DNA from: Octopus vulgaris
Taxonomy: Eukaryota
Direction of reading: 5' to 3'
Length of the DNA stretch: 64,000 nucleotides
Assembly (NCBI GenBank): GCA_951406725.2
Contig: OX597815.1
Coordinates: 154,442,001 to 154,506,000, forward strand
A program made the translations under genes and the position numbers. The notes under the pieces were generated by a model that searched no databases, had not been told where the DNA came from, and saw only the letters and a program-made list of their open reading frames with translations. Of this stretch, positions 14,473 to 27,350 are shown piece after piece (the stretch's first letter is position 1; every line of letters starts with the position of its first letter).

Positions 14473-14674
14473 TATTTATTTCTTTCTTTCTTTCTATCTT
14501 TACTTCTCTAGCACTTTGGTTGTTACATTTCTCATTTGTAGAATTCTATACCAAATTCTCATACTTTCATTCAAGATTTCATTGGATGTAACTTTATTTC
14601 GTTTGCTGTATTCTAATGAGCTGCGATCAATATATATATATAGTAAATACATGGTCTGTTGACGAGAATGTGAT

Positions 14675-14717
<43 letters not shown>

Positions 14718-14867
14718 AGAGAGAAAGAAAGAGAGGGAGAGATGTAGCACTTCGAGTCGTGAATGAAGTTTACATCATTCATTTTTACATAGGATGTTTG
14801 AAATACGTTCTGTGGTTTGCATCTTTATGGCTTCTCACTCTGATGCTATTTCATATACTGTATGTAT

Positions 14868-14998
14868 CAGTATTCCGCCGAGCCCGACTTTGCCTCTCAT
14901 TGTTTCGAGGCCGATAAAATATGTACCAGTTGATTAGTGGCGTCGATCTAATCAACTATCCCACTCCCACAGAACTTGATGGCCTTGTAACAAATTTT
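14868..14998 (+). mobile_element. Degenerate SINE fragment (Deu/Nin-like core family)
   Basis: ATTCCGCCGAGCCCGACTTTGCCTCTCAT...GATAAAATATGTACCAGTTG matches 35088-35315. Confidence 0.7.
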
Positions 14999-15567
14999 TT
15001 GTTATCAATGTATTTTAGTATCAGCTTGCTGTTTCGTGTGAAACGTGTAGAGTTTTATGACATACTGACGACTTTATCGCTTGTTGCAATATACCCATGA
15101 TACTTTGCAACCTACAACCAAGTACCTGACCAACGCATTATTATTAATCTTCTCATTTATTCTCAGGATGAAGCTGAGGATGTCTTGCGGTGTTAATGGA
15201 TAAATGGTTTTAGGAAATCTATATTACGCCAAGCTAAAAATGAATGTCTGTTTAACTGTTTAGTCCTATTCTTGAATTATACATTGTGCATGCACTCATA
15301 AATATAGGAATATTTAAATATACATGACACGATCTTTTAAACTATGTGTCTACCTGTGTCTATATGTTTGTCTCTCTCTATATATATTTCTGTGTGAGCG
15401 TGTGTGTGTTTATTAATGTTAGCTTTTATGTCCCATTATAATAAAAACAATTTTGAGTTACTCTGTACTTTTGTAGAGTGCAAATTTATTATTCTTATAC
15501 TGCAGTCTGACGATAGCTTAGCTGGCTGAAACTAAAGTCACAGTCAACATTCTCGTAGAAGAAGAGT

Positions 15568-15644
<77 letters not shown>

Positions 15645-15777
15645 AACAAGCAGCAACAAAAAATAGCACCAACGGCAACAGAAACAAGAACAATAATGAT
15701 GATGATGGTAATGATGATGATGACGGCGACGATAGTGGTGGCAATGGTGATTGTGGTGGTGGTGGTGGTGGTGGTGA

Positions 15778-15806
15778 TGATGACGATGATGATGATGATG
15801 ATGATA

Positions 15807-15860
<54 letters not shown>
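15778..15860. repeat. (GAT)n microsatellite
   Basis: Tandem GAT run, preceded by (GGT)n. Confidence 0.9.
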
Positions 15861-16954
15861 ATAATTTTACCTATAAAGGTTATTTTAACGTATCGAACTG
15901 TTTGGTAAAATTGTTATTTATTTTTTGATTAATTAATTAATTAATCTAATTGTGAAATTTTACCCTTCTCTTATTAATTTAAAATTATCATTTACTTCAT
16001 GATAGAATACTGCAGTTTTCTGCGGTATTGCTCGTAGCGTACACATGGGTATAGCATTTAAATAGTATATTCACATTCGGCTGTGTAAATTTTGGAAGTG
16101 TTGGTTGGATATCTGTTACATTATGACAGTCGATTGTGTGCATATACAGCTAAAGCACTTTCAAATTTTATAAAAACTGGAAATATTATACTGAAGAGAG
16201 GGGTAAGTAAAATTCAAATTACTTTTATCTCGAAACGCGTATATAATTAATCCTGGTCGTGTTGATCCATATTAATGTTTGTTGTCCTTTTTATAAATGA
16301 TATAAGAGAAGACAAACATATACAATGGAAAAACGTATACAATGGAAAAAATATTGTCTCATGAAAGATCAATTGTATGCAACGTTCTTCCCACTACACC
16401 GAAGGTCAAATGACTCTTCTGTATTTGTAAGAGCAATAATAGACGTTAAACAGCTACAAGGTAAGGCATATCAAGCCACTGGAGTGTGCTTTCATAAAAA
16501 TATGTTTGCAATATGTTTAACATCAAGTGCAAAGTAAAACACCTCACACAGAAGTCGAAGCAAAGGCAGGTAAATATACCGGTTCTTTGGAGAACGCTTA
16601 TTCTCATCACTCAGCACTTAAATGTGGTAATCCAACGTCAAATTAATTACGGGATTGAGACAGTTCAGCAAGTGCTACGCCAGGAAGATTATATCGATGG
16701 AACAGCTAAGCTACTGTGAGAAACTGAAAAACGTACGACTCTAATCCCTGGAGCGAAGACAAGAGAGATTTAATATGACATACGTATTGAAGATCCTAAA
16801 TAGGTTGATTTCAAACTTTGGCACAGAGACGAATTAGACGCCATTGCACTGTTCCAAATGAACTTACCATCCAAGGTACAGAATTCTTTATTTTTGAATG
16901 GGATACTGTTTTCTTTTCTCTTTATGCAAACTGTCAAATTTATGCGTGTGTGTG

Positions 16955-16959
16955 ATTGT

Positions 16960-17035
<76 letters not shown>
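16955..17035. repeat. (TG)n microsatellite
   Basis: Tandem TG run. Confidence 0.95.
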
Positions 17036-17040
<5 letters not shown>

Positions 17041-17257
17041 CGTGTATGTGTGTTATGCGGGTGTAGAAAGTTACAAGTGAAAGTCGAGAGCCAAATGTTC
17101 ATGGCAAATGTTTATGGCACGAAATATTCGGCGCTGGGGTCTTTCTTGTAACTTGCTCTCAAATATATATAACCTCAAAATCTATATCCTCCTGTACTCA
17201 GTTCTATTTTACGCTTTGCTTTACAGAACCTAATCTTACAAGCATATGTACATATGC

Positions 17258-17291
<34 letters not shown>

Positions 17292-17293
<2 letters not shown>

Positions 17294-17508
17294 CGGGAAG
17301 GTTTACGAAAATAAACAAAAGACGAAGGCAGGTGGTGATCAAACAAACAAATGTATTAGTATGGCGCTCAGGAATAGAAACAGAACAAGTCTTTTACGTT
17401 TCGAGCCTACGCTCTTCGACAGAAAGATACACAGAAAACAATCAAGGAGAGAAACAAGGAGAGAAAAGAAATGCGTGTAGGAGCTTTAACGGTCTATCAA
17501 GTGGCATT
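17292..17508 (-). mobile_element. Penelope-like 3'-end fragment with hammerhead motif (17390-17427) between TA tracts
   Basis: Minus strand reads UCUUU-CUGUCGA-A-GAGC-GUAG-GCUC-GAAA-CG-UA-AAAGA, with a perfect 5-bp stem I and an A6U change in the core. A related motif lies at 34653-34694. Confidence 0.65.
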
Positions 17509-17518
17509 ATATATATAT

Positions 17519-18015
17519 AATTTATAAGTAAGGGCAAAAAAAAAAAAAAATTTCTAATGCCAAAATATGCCGAAAATAGACATAACATCAATAACCATTA
17601 TAATTCGTCACAACAAACACGTATTTCAAGGAAAGCCGACAGAAATTTCTAAAATGTCAGTGTGCTCATGACTTAGTGTTTGCTTCTTCCACGGGTGTAA
17701 GTAGGTATTTCATTTATTTCTGTACCGCATTTATCACTGATAAAGGGAAGGTTCTTATGAACTAACTCTGAAATCGTGTCCGATATGGTAATAACGGGAT
17801 TTTTTTAGAAATTTCTGTCGGCTTTCTTTGAAACACGTTTTTGTTGTGACGAATTATAATGGTTATTGACGTTGTCTATATTCGGCATATTTTGGCATTA
17901 GATTTTTTTTCTTTTGCCCTTACTTATAAATTGTTTATAAATTTAATCTTTAAAGGTATTTTTTTAATATGCTGACCATTCATAGAGTTTTTTTCGAAAT
18001 ATTTTATCCTACATT
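17519..18015 (+). mobile_element. Penelope-like fold-back element (arms 17519-17654 and 17803-17932; tail 17933-18015) with hammerhead motif 17732-17785
   Basis: Inverted arms. The loop contains UAUCA-CUGAUAA-AGGGAAGGUUC-UUAU-GAACUAACUCU-GAAA-UCGUG-UC-CGAUA (GUC site). A same-family inverted copy lies at about 62101-62290. Confidence 0.75.
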
Positions 18016-18036
18016 AGATATATATATATATATATA

Positions 18037-18590
18037 TTGGGTTGTCCGGAAAGTTCTTGCCGATTTTTAAAGGAAAGTAAATGTTCAATAAATACTTGAA
18101 TTACATTTTTAATCAACCAAATATGAACCATTTTGTTGCACAATGCGTCTCCAGCTTTCCTTTAACTTGAAAATACCCTCTTCCTACAATTAAGGTGGTT
18201 CCATGGCAAAGAATTCCTCAAGGTATCTTTTTACGTCATCCAAGGAATTGAAATTTTTGTCAATAAGACTATTCTGCAGAGACCTGAATAAGTGGAAATC
18301 CGAAGAAGAAGCAATATCTGATGAATATGGATGGTGTGGTAACACATCCCAGCCGAGGTGTAGCAATTTTTGTCTGCTTCCCAATGCATCAAATACCGCA
18401 AATGAATTTTCTTATCTTCCAATTTAAAGGGTTACAGTACTGACACAGGTTAACCTTCTTCCACAAAAGGATAGCTTAAACTGTGCTCTTAATGGATGTG
18501 TAATCAAATCCTATTTTATGGGGTCAACCATGTTCTAAAATAAGTCGAAATGTAAGCTGCTATAAATCGGCACTAACTTTCTGTAACAAC

Positions 18591-18594
<4 letters not shown>
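18037..18594 (-). mobile_element. Internally deleted mariner DNA transposon
   Basis: TIRs TTGGGTTGTCCGGAAAGTTCTTGCCGATTT and AAATCGGCACTAACTTTCTGTAACAACCCAA, flanked by TA. Transposase C-terminal remnant LGWDVLPHHPYSSDIASSSDFHLFRSLQNSL (YSPDLAP-like). Confidence 0.9.
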
Positions 18595-18660
<66 letters not shown>

Positions 18661-19329
18661 TATGTGTGTGTTTGTGTATAAATATATATGTATGTGTATG
18701 TATATCTGTCTGCTGTCTCTCTATCTATAAACGTAAATAAAGGTACGTTAGTGATGCAAACAGACAAAATAATACATAAATTATGCATAAACGTACTTTT
18801 CATTAATGTTCAGCAAAAGCAACAGGGTGACTTAAGAGGCGAGAATTTCATGCGTTAAATATATGTGTGTGCGTGTGTGTGTATATGAGTGTGTGTGTGT
18901 ATAAATGGATAGATAGGTAGAAATAGGTATAAGCATATAATGCCTGCTAAGTCAGCGTTTAATAGCTTTTGGGGAATAACAATAGCAACAACAACAAAAG
19001 CGACATCAACAACAGCACCAACGGCCAAAGAAACTAGAACTATAGTAATGAGGATGATGTTGACGACGACAACGACGACGACGTCAGCGACGATAATGAT
19101 GATACGTAAAGGTATATATATACATAAATGTATAACACTCCTTTAATGTAAGAAAGTATACTAGTCCCTTAATATTTGATATTCAATATTTCGTCTATTC
19201 AATAAAACAATCAATACTTCATTTCATTATACTACTATATATACTTTTTATACTATATATTCTATATTCTACTTTAATATTATAAAGAATATAAATAAAA
19301 CATAAAAACAGAGTTGGAATTTCTTTGAA

Positions 19330-22300
19330 TAATATATATATATATAAACTTAGATAAACTTAGATATGTTTTGACCAAAGATTGGTCCAGGTCATGTCTA
19401 AATTAATAGCACCACCTGATAGGATTATTTGAATCCTGTTTAAGTCAAGATTTGTTTATGGTCCACTCAAGTAGGGAGTTTTTGTTGGGTGAGTTTTATC
19501 CAATTATGGGTGACTTATCTGGTATTCCTTGAAGGAATCTATCCAGACTCCGTTTAAAGTTGATGGGATCCTTTTCCTCTTTGATCTCTTTCGGGACAAT
19601 GTTAAATAGGGCAGGGCCTGTTGAGGAAAATAAATTATGTTGCAGTGTACATGTATACTGTAATCTTTGAATTGAGCAGGGGACTTATGGCCCGTGGTCC
19701 CAGTCTTGGATGACCCTTGAATCTAATGTTCAGGTCGTTTGGGCAAAGTTGGCGGTATATTCTCTACATCGTACAAATGATGTACCGCTCTCGGCGACGC
19801 TGGAGAGCGTAGAGTTTCAAGGCTTTAAGGCGGTCCCAATAATCGAGAGCAGCCATGCCTTCAATTCGTTTAGTGAGTGCCCTCTGGGGTGATTCAATCC
19901 TTGAGATGTTTTGTCTTGTATGGGGAGACCACAGTGGGCAGCAGTATTCGAGGTGTGGCCGTACAAAGGAGGAGAAAAGTGGTATGATGACACCTTGTTC
20001 TCTGGACCGGAAAGTTCTTAAGATCCAGGAACTCATCCTACGAGCTATATCGACCTTATTTTTGATGTGTGTACTCCAACTGAGATCGTCATCAACAATT
20101 ACACCCAGATCTCTGATATTGTTAGAGGCTGTGAGCGGTTCCCCTGAAGGAAGAGTGTATGGCTGTTTTAGTGAGGAATTTCTTCCAAAATGCATCAGCT
20201 CAAATTTTCCCTCATTCAGTTGCATTTTGTTTCTGTCTGCCTATTGACTCACAGCATATAGATCAGACTGAAGTTGAGTTCGGTCTGCTTCTTCATTGAC
20301 GATTTGCTGGAGCTTAGTGTCATCAGCAAATATTTTCACTTTGCAGTAATGTACGACACTGGAAAGGTCGTTTATGTAAATTATAAAGAGTAGCGGGCCC
20401 AAGACAGTCCCCTGGGGGATACCGCTGGTGACTTTTGCTGGGCTTGAGTGGACTCCATCAACTACATGTTGTGTTCTATTCGCCAGGAAATACTTAATCC
20501 AGTGTAGAACTTTTCCACGGATTCCAACATTTGCCAATTTTGAGAGTAAGATATTACGGTCTACCCTGTCGAACTGAAGTCAAGATATATGACGTCAGAG
20601 TTCGAACCTGTTCGCAAGGCTTTGCATATATCTTCAATGTGGCGTAAGAGCTGTGTTAGATAGTCCCTTCCACAGCGAAAGCCATGCTGATTTGCGTTTA
20701 GGAGTTTGTGGATCTCCAGGAAGTCAGCTATCCTTGATCTTAACACTCTTTCAAACACTTTAATGATGTGGGAGGTGAGTGGGATTGGGCTATAGTTAAG
20801 TGCGAGGGATCTGTTTCCCTGTTGACTGACTGGGATAGAAGCTGTTTCGATATATAACCTGCGTCTAACAAATTTCTCCAGAGGTTGGTCAGAAGGACTG
20901 CAAGTTGGTGTCTACATTCCTTCAGGAGACTAGCGGGGAATCTATCAGGGCGTACAGCAGAGTAGTATTTGACCTCATTTATTGCTGCTATGATGTCCGT
21001 GGCAGTGAAGGTTATGTCTGAGATTTTATGTTTGGAATCAACTTCGTTCGCTTCTCTTATGTCAATATCAGTGGGAACACTAAAGACAGAGCAGTATTGT
21101 TTCTGCAGTATTTCTGCCATTTCTTTAGCATCGTGTTGAGGAATGCCGTTATCATCAATCAATGGCCCAATGGATGAGACAGTGGTTCTATGCGTATTTG
21201 CATAAGAATAGAAAACTTTTGGGTTCTGTTTGATGTTTTTGATTACCCACTGTTCCTCCACAGCTCTTTGATTTTCAATAGAGGTTTTCATGTCGGTCTG
21301 CAGATAAAGTTTTTCCAGCTCTAGCCTTTTCATTGTTGTTGAATGTGGATGTTGTATGTGGGAATATCTTAATTGGTTAATTTTTTTATTGAGTCTTTTG
21401 ATGCGCCTGATGAGTGTTTTTTTTTTCTTTTTAGGGAGTTGTACTTCGGAAGGAAGGACTTGACTTTGCTAAGGCACTCTTCAAAGCACTTTAGAGGTGC
21501 TTGGGAAAGCCTGTAAACACCAACAATGATTATGTCCTTGGCCTTGCTGAATAGTGATACAGATTCACAGTAGCCATTGGAAAATATGTCCTTGGCATCA
21601 AGTGAAAAGGAGTCATGGATAAAGATGGCTGTCCCTCCCTTATTTCGGTCTGTGCGATCCGCACGAACAATGGTGAAATGTTTTATTTTCACCTCGGCAT
21701 CCATATGGGTGTTGTTCAGCTGAGTCTCAGTAAGGATAAAGAAAAGGAAGCAATGTGCCGTTTCGGCAAGCCAACTCTGTATATATGGGGTCTTCCATTT
21801 TTGGGCAATAATTGATGGGTTGATGCCACGTACATTTAACAGGAATGTCGAGGTAAGGGAAGTTTGATGTTTGCATTGTTCTAAGTTATGTTTTCTGTTG
21901 TTCAGTGGTAACAATGTGGGTAGTCCTTGTATGGAGCTGTGTGTGTATGATTCTCTTGTTGGTAGTGGGTGTGTGGTCCTTGTGATTTGCATAAATGGTT
22001 GCTGATAGCTCGCTGGATCTCCTGGCTTAGGTCGGCCTTCATATTTTCTAGGTAAGTCAGTAAAAAAGAGTTGCCTCTTTGGTTTGCCACTTGGTCAGAG
22101 GATACATAGTTCATGTTTATGTTATTTGGTGTTATGGTTTTTTCATGGTTCTGTCTTCGTTGTTTGATTGTAGGAGGGGAAACGTGGTTGTATTTTGTTT
22201 ATGTTGTTGTCGTAGATCTCCTCTGTTGCTGTTTATATTTATTTTGCGATCGTTTTGTGCCTTTCAGATGGTGGTGGTTGCATTCTGGGTTCAGGCACAT

Positions 22301-22768
22301 CCTTAGTGACACAGAAGTTTGGCACAGTTTAGGATGGAAGAAGATGCATCCATTGCCTTTTGTGCATCCATATTTGGCATCAGGACCATGGACTCTGTAT
22401 TTAGGATAGTATTTGAGGTGGAGGTGAGGGCAGTTTTTTTCCGTTATACGACATAAGGTAGGATGGAAAAAAGCACAGCGTCCCTTGTTGTTGGTGCCGC
22501 TGGGTCCAAATCTACAGTTGCCTTGAGATGGTAACGACAGGGTGTTTGACGTGGGTGTAGTAGTGGTTTTTCTATTCTGGCAGGCTCGTTGGTCAGTGGT
22601 CCTATTGTAGTAGCAGTAGCAGAGTGTTGTTGTTGTTGTTGTTGTTGCTGTAGCAGCAGTGAAACTTGACTTGCAACAGTAGGGCTGAGTGGAATCGGGT
22701 CAGATACTGGTGCCAAACAAGGTGCTTCCAATGTAGTAGCAGAAGTAGGCCGTTGTTGTTGAAACTAG
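19330..22768 (-). mobile_element. Decayed CR1/L2-group LINE (ORF1 with Cys/His fingers, APE endonuclease, RT), frameshifted and internally deleted
   Basis: Endonuclease motifs LLNVRGI, LTETQL, RADRTDRNKGGTAIFI, IVGVYR. RT motifs NQHGFR, IYLDFS, SGIPQGTVLGPLLFIIYINDL, KIFADDTKL. C-terminal FVRPHLEYCCPLWSP and LQRRRERY. Upstream Cys/His-rich GCTKGNGCIFFHPKLC. Confidence 0.9.
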
Positions 22769-23114
22769 GACATATAATCCCTACTAAGTCAGTAAGCGTT
22801 TAATAGCTTTGGGGCAATAACAATCACAACAACAACACCAACGGCAACAATGACTAGAACTATAGTGATGATGATGATGATGATGATGATGTTGACAACG
22901 ACGACGACGACGATGATGATGACAGGCTACTGCAAATATTCTGCTCAATACCGCAAATTCGCTTGTCAGTTTTTGACGTCAACCTTAGTGGCTATGTCCA
23001 TTTCTGGTCCAGTCCAGGAGTTGTGGGGAGCATCATAGCCATGTGTTGAGAGGAATTCCTTGGATTTTGATTAATACACCTGTGGAAACATAGCTGTTTC
23101 GTTCATCATCCCTA

Positions 23115-23476
23115 AACAATGGTCCAAATGGCAGCGGAATCGTGGTTGTAGGACCCTGGTTTCGATTACCAGACCGGGCGTTGTGAGTGTTTATTGAGCA
23201 AAAACATCTAAAGCTCCACAATCTTCAGCAGGGGGTGAACTCTACTGAACCCATTCACCACAACTTTCTCTCATTCTTTCTTCCTGTTTCTGTTGTACCT
23301 GTATTTCAAAGGGCCAGTCTTGTCACATTCTGTGTCTCGCTGAATCTCCTCGAGAACTACGTTAACTGTACAGGTGTCTGTGGAGTACCCGGCCTCTTGC
23401 ACGTTAATTTCAGGAGCAAGCTGTTCCGTTGATCAGATCAACTGAAACCCTCGTCGTCGTAACCGACGGAATGCTC
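23115..23476 (+). mobile_element. tRNA-derived SINE related to 9903-10206, with a different 3' part
   Basis: GGTTTCGATTACCAGACCGGG and CACAACTTTCTCTCA are shared with the 9903 copy. Confidence 0.75.
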
Positions 23477-24760
23477 GACAGGAATAATTGCCTTCTTTGC
23501 CTTTATCTACAGTTCCTTTATTTCTCTCGCTAGATCTTGATATTTCACAATTTTTTTCAATTATTCCTCTCATCTTCTTTTCTCCTTTTTTAATTATTTT
23601 TTTTGTTTTCGCTAGGCACTTTTTACTATACGCTTTTAACAGAAAAACTGTTACGAAAACTGTGGTAATGTAGAAAATATGTTGCAAAACTATATTAAGA
23701 CTTTACTGAAAAAATTTACAAAGCACAAAATATAAAAAAAAGTATATCAAATACGGATTAGAACCTACTACTTAATTTATATCACAGTACCAATTTATAC
23801 GTCGTATGACGCCTTTTTTATTATTTTCATACGGGCGACTATAATTGCTTTTTTCTTTTTGCATTGGACATGATGAAGTTATGATGTAAGAGGCCTTTGG
23901 TTTGTCTTTCAACAAAGTTAAGTCTATTTCCTCCTCGACCAGTGCATTGCACTCGTAAGTACACCTTGTAGTTCTTATTTCTCTTGTCACGAGAAACTGC
24001 TTCTTTGCAGGAATCCTAATTTTGTGTCATCTTGTTCTGTGGGTTTATTTCCGTGTAAATTATTCGGTTTTTGATTGGTGACAATAGTTTTATTTCTTTT
24101 CCCATGTTTTCCAATAACTTCTACCTTTGTTCACGCCCTCATTTTTGTTCAATACTGTCATCTTACCTTGTTTTCGAAAACAATGAAGACATCGCCATAT
24201 GCTTTGCCCAGATGTTGAAGTTTATATCGAAGCATTGTGCAGGACTTCTTTTAATTGCTCCACTGAGAGGACACAAAAGTTCTTCTTCGTCTCCTGCGAA
24301 AGGAATACATCACCTTTTTTTGTTCTTTCTTCAAGGAAGGAGAATTTTCTCACCATATTTTCTTCCAGGAGATGTCGCCAAGTTCAGTGCATCTCTTATT
24401 TTTAAAACATCAACAAACATATGTTCTATTGTCTGCGTTGAAAAGTTTCTGCTACTTTATTCATATCACAGATGAATTTATTTGTGTAACTGTCATCGAT
24501 ATTTCTTAATGTTATTTTGTTTGTTTTACATTTTTTAAAATTTGCATTTATATTTGCAAAGTTTCCAGTCGAATCTACTTTGGCCGGCAGCAAGCAACTC
24601 TTTACATACAGACATACATTTAAGTAAATATGCATGTATAAACATTCAGGCACAAAAATACATACATGCATACACACAAACACACACAGACACAAATACA
24701 CTCACACGTATATATATATACAATTTATATATATATATGTATGTATATATATATACAATT

Positions 24761-24791
<31 letters not shown>

Positions 24792-24888
24792 TTGATAAAA
24801 GTGACAACAGAAGAATGAGACCTCGCTGTTAGATAAATAGAAGATTATATATATATGTAGTGTTTAGGACAGTCAGCAAACTGTCGTA

Positions 24889-24947
24889 ATAGTACTCGGG
24901 GTTTCAAATGCCGGAGCTAAGAGCTACGATGCATTCTCACCGGCTAT
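24889..24947 (-). ncRNA. Degenerate hammerhead ribozyme motif in a short insert between TA tracts
   Basis: Minus strand reads AUAG-CCGGUGA-G-AAUGC...GCAUU-U-GAAA-CCCCGAG-UA-CUAU; the core differs from CUGAUGA by two transitions. Confidence 0.6.
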
Positions 24948-25049
24948 AATTGGCAATATATATGTATATATAACCTTACTCTTTGTAGCTCTGACTACAA
25001 TTTGCTCATGCATTCATACAAAAATACATATATGCATATACATACATAT

Positions 25050-25088
<39 letters not shown>

Positions 25089-25162
25089 TATACATATATA
25101 CTCTACCTCTGGTATTTGAGTACTCTTTTTTCCATCTTGTTTCGCATAAATGTGCTTACTCC

Positions 25163-25165
<3 letters not shown>

Positions 25166-25212
<47 letters not shown>

Positions 25213-25400
25213 TATATACATATATATACATATATATATACATATTATATATAAATATATATACATATATATATATACATATATATATATACATATATAC
25301 ATATATATACATATATATATATACATATATATACATATATACATATATATATACATATATATATACATATATACATATATATATATACATATATATATAT
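25166..25400. repeat. (TA)n/(TACA)n compound microsatellite
   Basis: Direct inspection; a similar tract continues at 25762-26020. Confidence 0.9.
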
Positions 25401-25758
25401 TATGTGAAATAGAAAGATGAATAATCTTGTAGTAGATTAATCAAAAGTTTAACCGATACCTTAGTAGCAAAAATCACAGCAGTAAAACAGCACGGTTGGA
25501 GGTACAACCATATGGTGTTGCAACCGTGCGTTGGTGCGGATAATTGAAATTAGAACATTATTGGTGAATTGAAGAAATGGAGCTGAACGCAGATTGAACA
25601 GAAATCGTTTTATTTCATTCTCTGAAGAGAAAGACACAATATGGTCCCATTATTCCATCGGATTTTGGTAATTTGTGCCTTTCGAAACACGTGTAGAATG
25701 AAATAAAACGATTTCTGTTCAATCTGCGTTCAGCTCCATTTCTTCAATTCACCAATAA

Positions 25759-25761
<3 letters not shown>
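25401..25761 (+). mobile_element. Penelope-like fold-back element (tail about 25401-25554; arms 25555-25621 and 25695-25761)
   Basis: Perfect about 67-bp inverted arms enclose a hammerhead core; TA-rich microsatellite on both sides. Confidence 0.8.
25610..25706 (+). ncRNA. Type I hammerhead ribozyme, canonical core
   Basis: CUGAAGA (25622-25628), stem II GAAAGACACAA...UUGUGCCUUUC, GAAA (25684-25687), palindromic stem III ACACGUGU, GUA site (25693-25695), long stem I. Confidence 0.8.
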
Positions 25762-25796
<35 letters not shown>

Positions 25797-25921
25797 TATA
25801 CATATATACATATATATATATACATATATATATACATATATATAAATATATACATATATACATATATATATATATACATATATATATACATATATACATA
25901 TATATATATACATATATATAT

Positions 25922-25974
<53 letters not shown>

Positions 25975-26094
25975 CCTATATATATATATATACATATATA
26001 TGTATATATATATATATATATGAATTTTCTCTCTATATATATATACATACACACCCCCGCGCAAATGCCCCCCCTGCGAACACACACACACACA

Positions 26095-26173
<79 letters not shown>

Positions 26174-26619
26174 GTATACATAAATACATACAGTTTTAAA
26201 AAGGGACCAATTCTTTGATTGTGTGCACACCGAGATTTCGTATATATAAGTCAGAATACTTGCCATCTTCTGTTTGTTGAATATTTTGAATTTATATTGG
26301 CATTACCTCAACTAAGATGTAAATTCCTACTATTATTATATAGACTAATGGTGCCAAAATCGATGTTGTGTTTCCTTAGGCCTCTGCGTCCTGATTTACA
26401 ATACAACTGGGAATATATTTGGCCATATATGCTTATTACAATGCTAGAAATCTTCCCTGTAGCCTTCATAAATTAAAACTCTCTCAACCCAAATGGCTAT
26501 CATTTCGCGGAAATTACGAACAATCTCATTTATTACTCTGCTTTACCCACTACATGAAATAAAAAGCACAAGGCATTAGATGGACAGACAGGCAGATAGG
26601 CAGACTGACACAGAGGCAG

Positions 26620-26638
26620 ATAGATAGATAGATAGATG

Positions 26639-26700
<62 letters not shown>
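26620..26700. repeat. (GATA)n microsatellite
   Basis: Tandem GATA run. Confidence 0.95.
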
Positions 26701-26701
<1 letters not shown>

Positions 26702-27104
26702 GGGTTCGTTACTTATGCACACAACTATATGCCCTTGTGTATACGTGCAAAATTTTATTGTACATTCGATGAAGAGTGCGGTCTGCAGCCATTACGATGA
26801 AATTCATTTTTACTGGATTTTGCACGAGTTGAAGCTTTTCTACTATATAGACCTTCTGAACACGTGTTGCCAAAGTCGATGTCATCCAAACATATTATAG
26901 TGGACGAAGTTCTTAATACGTGGACTATTACTGGTATGTGACTTACGATGATATTGGCTATTGCCCAACGGAAATCCCACTGCTGGTCACCTGTGGAGGA
27001 AGAACTAAAAAGAATCAATTCTTGTTGTAGGTTCTTCCGTTTTATTGTTTATCAATTGATGGAAGAGATATTAATTAGTAAATAGTTTACAGATGATGCT
27101 GTCT

Positions 27105-27350
27105 ATGAAAACTCATTTGCAACCTTGTGTTTTCCGGTTCAGTAGCACTTCAGAACCACTTCGGCCTCTTTCTAGAGATGGTGAACACGGTAGAGAATAA
27201 CTGGGAAAGATTTTGTGGAAGTCCGTCGTATATGTATATGTGTGTGAGAGAAAGAGTGTGTGTATGTATGTTTGTGTTTGTCTGCCTCCAGCTGACAACC
27301 AGTATTGATTTGTTTATGCAACTTAGTGGTTCGGCAAAATTGTCTATCAA
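27105..27350 (+). mobile_element. Degenerate SINE (same family as 29575-29945)
   Basis: TGACAACC...TTAGTGGTTCGGCAAAA and GAAGTCCGTCGTATATG match the family. Confidence 0.6.

Noticed and set aside
24880-24955. tRNA-like fold on the minus strand
   Set aside because: No consistent cloverleaf; better explained as a degenerate hammerhead.
26755-27018. Minus-strand 87-aa ORF as a Helitron helicase or exon
   Set aside because: No convincing conserved motif could be matched.
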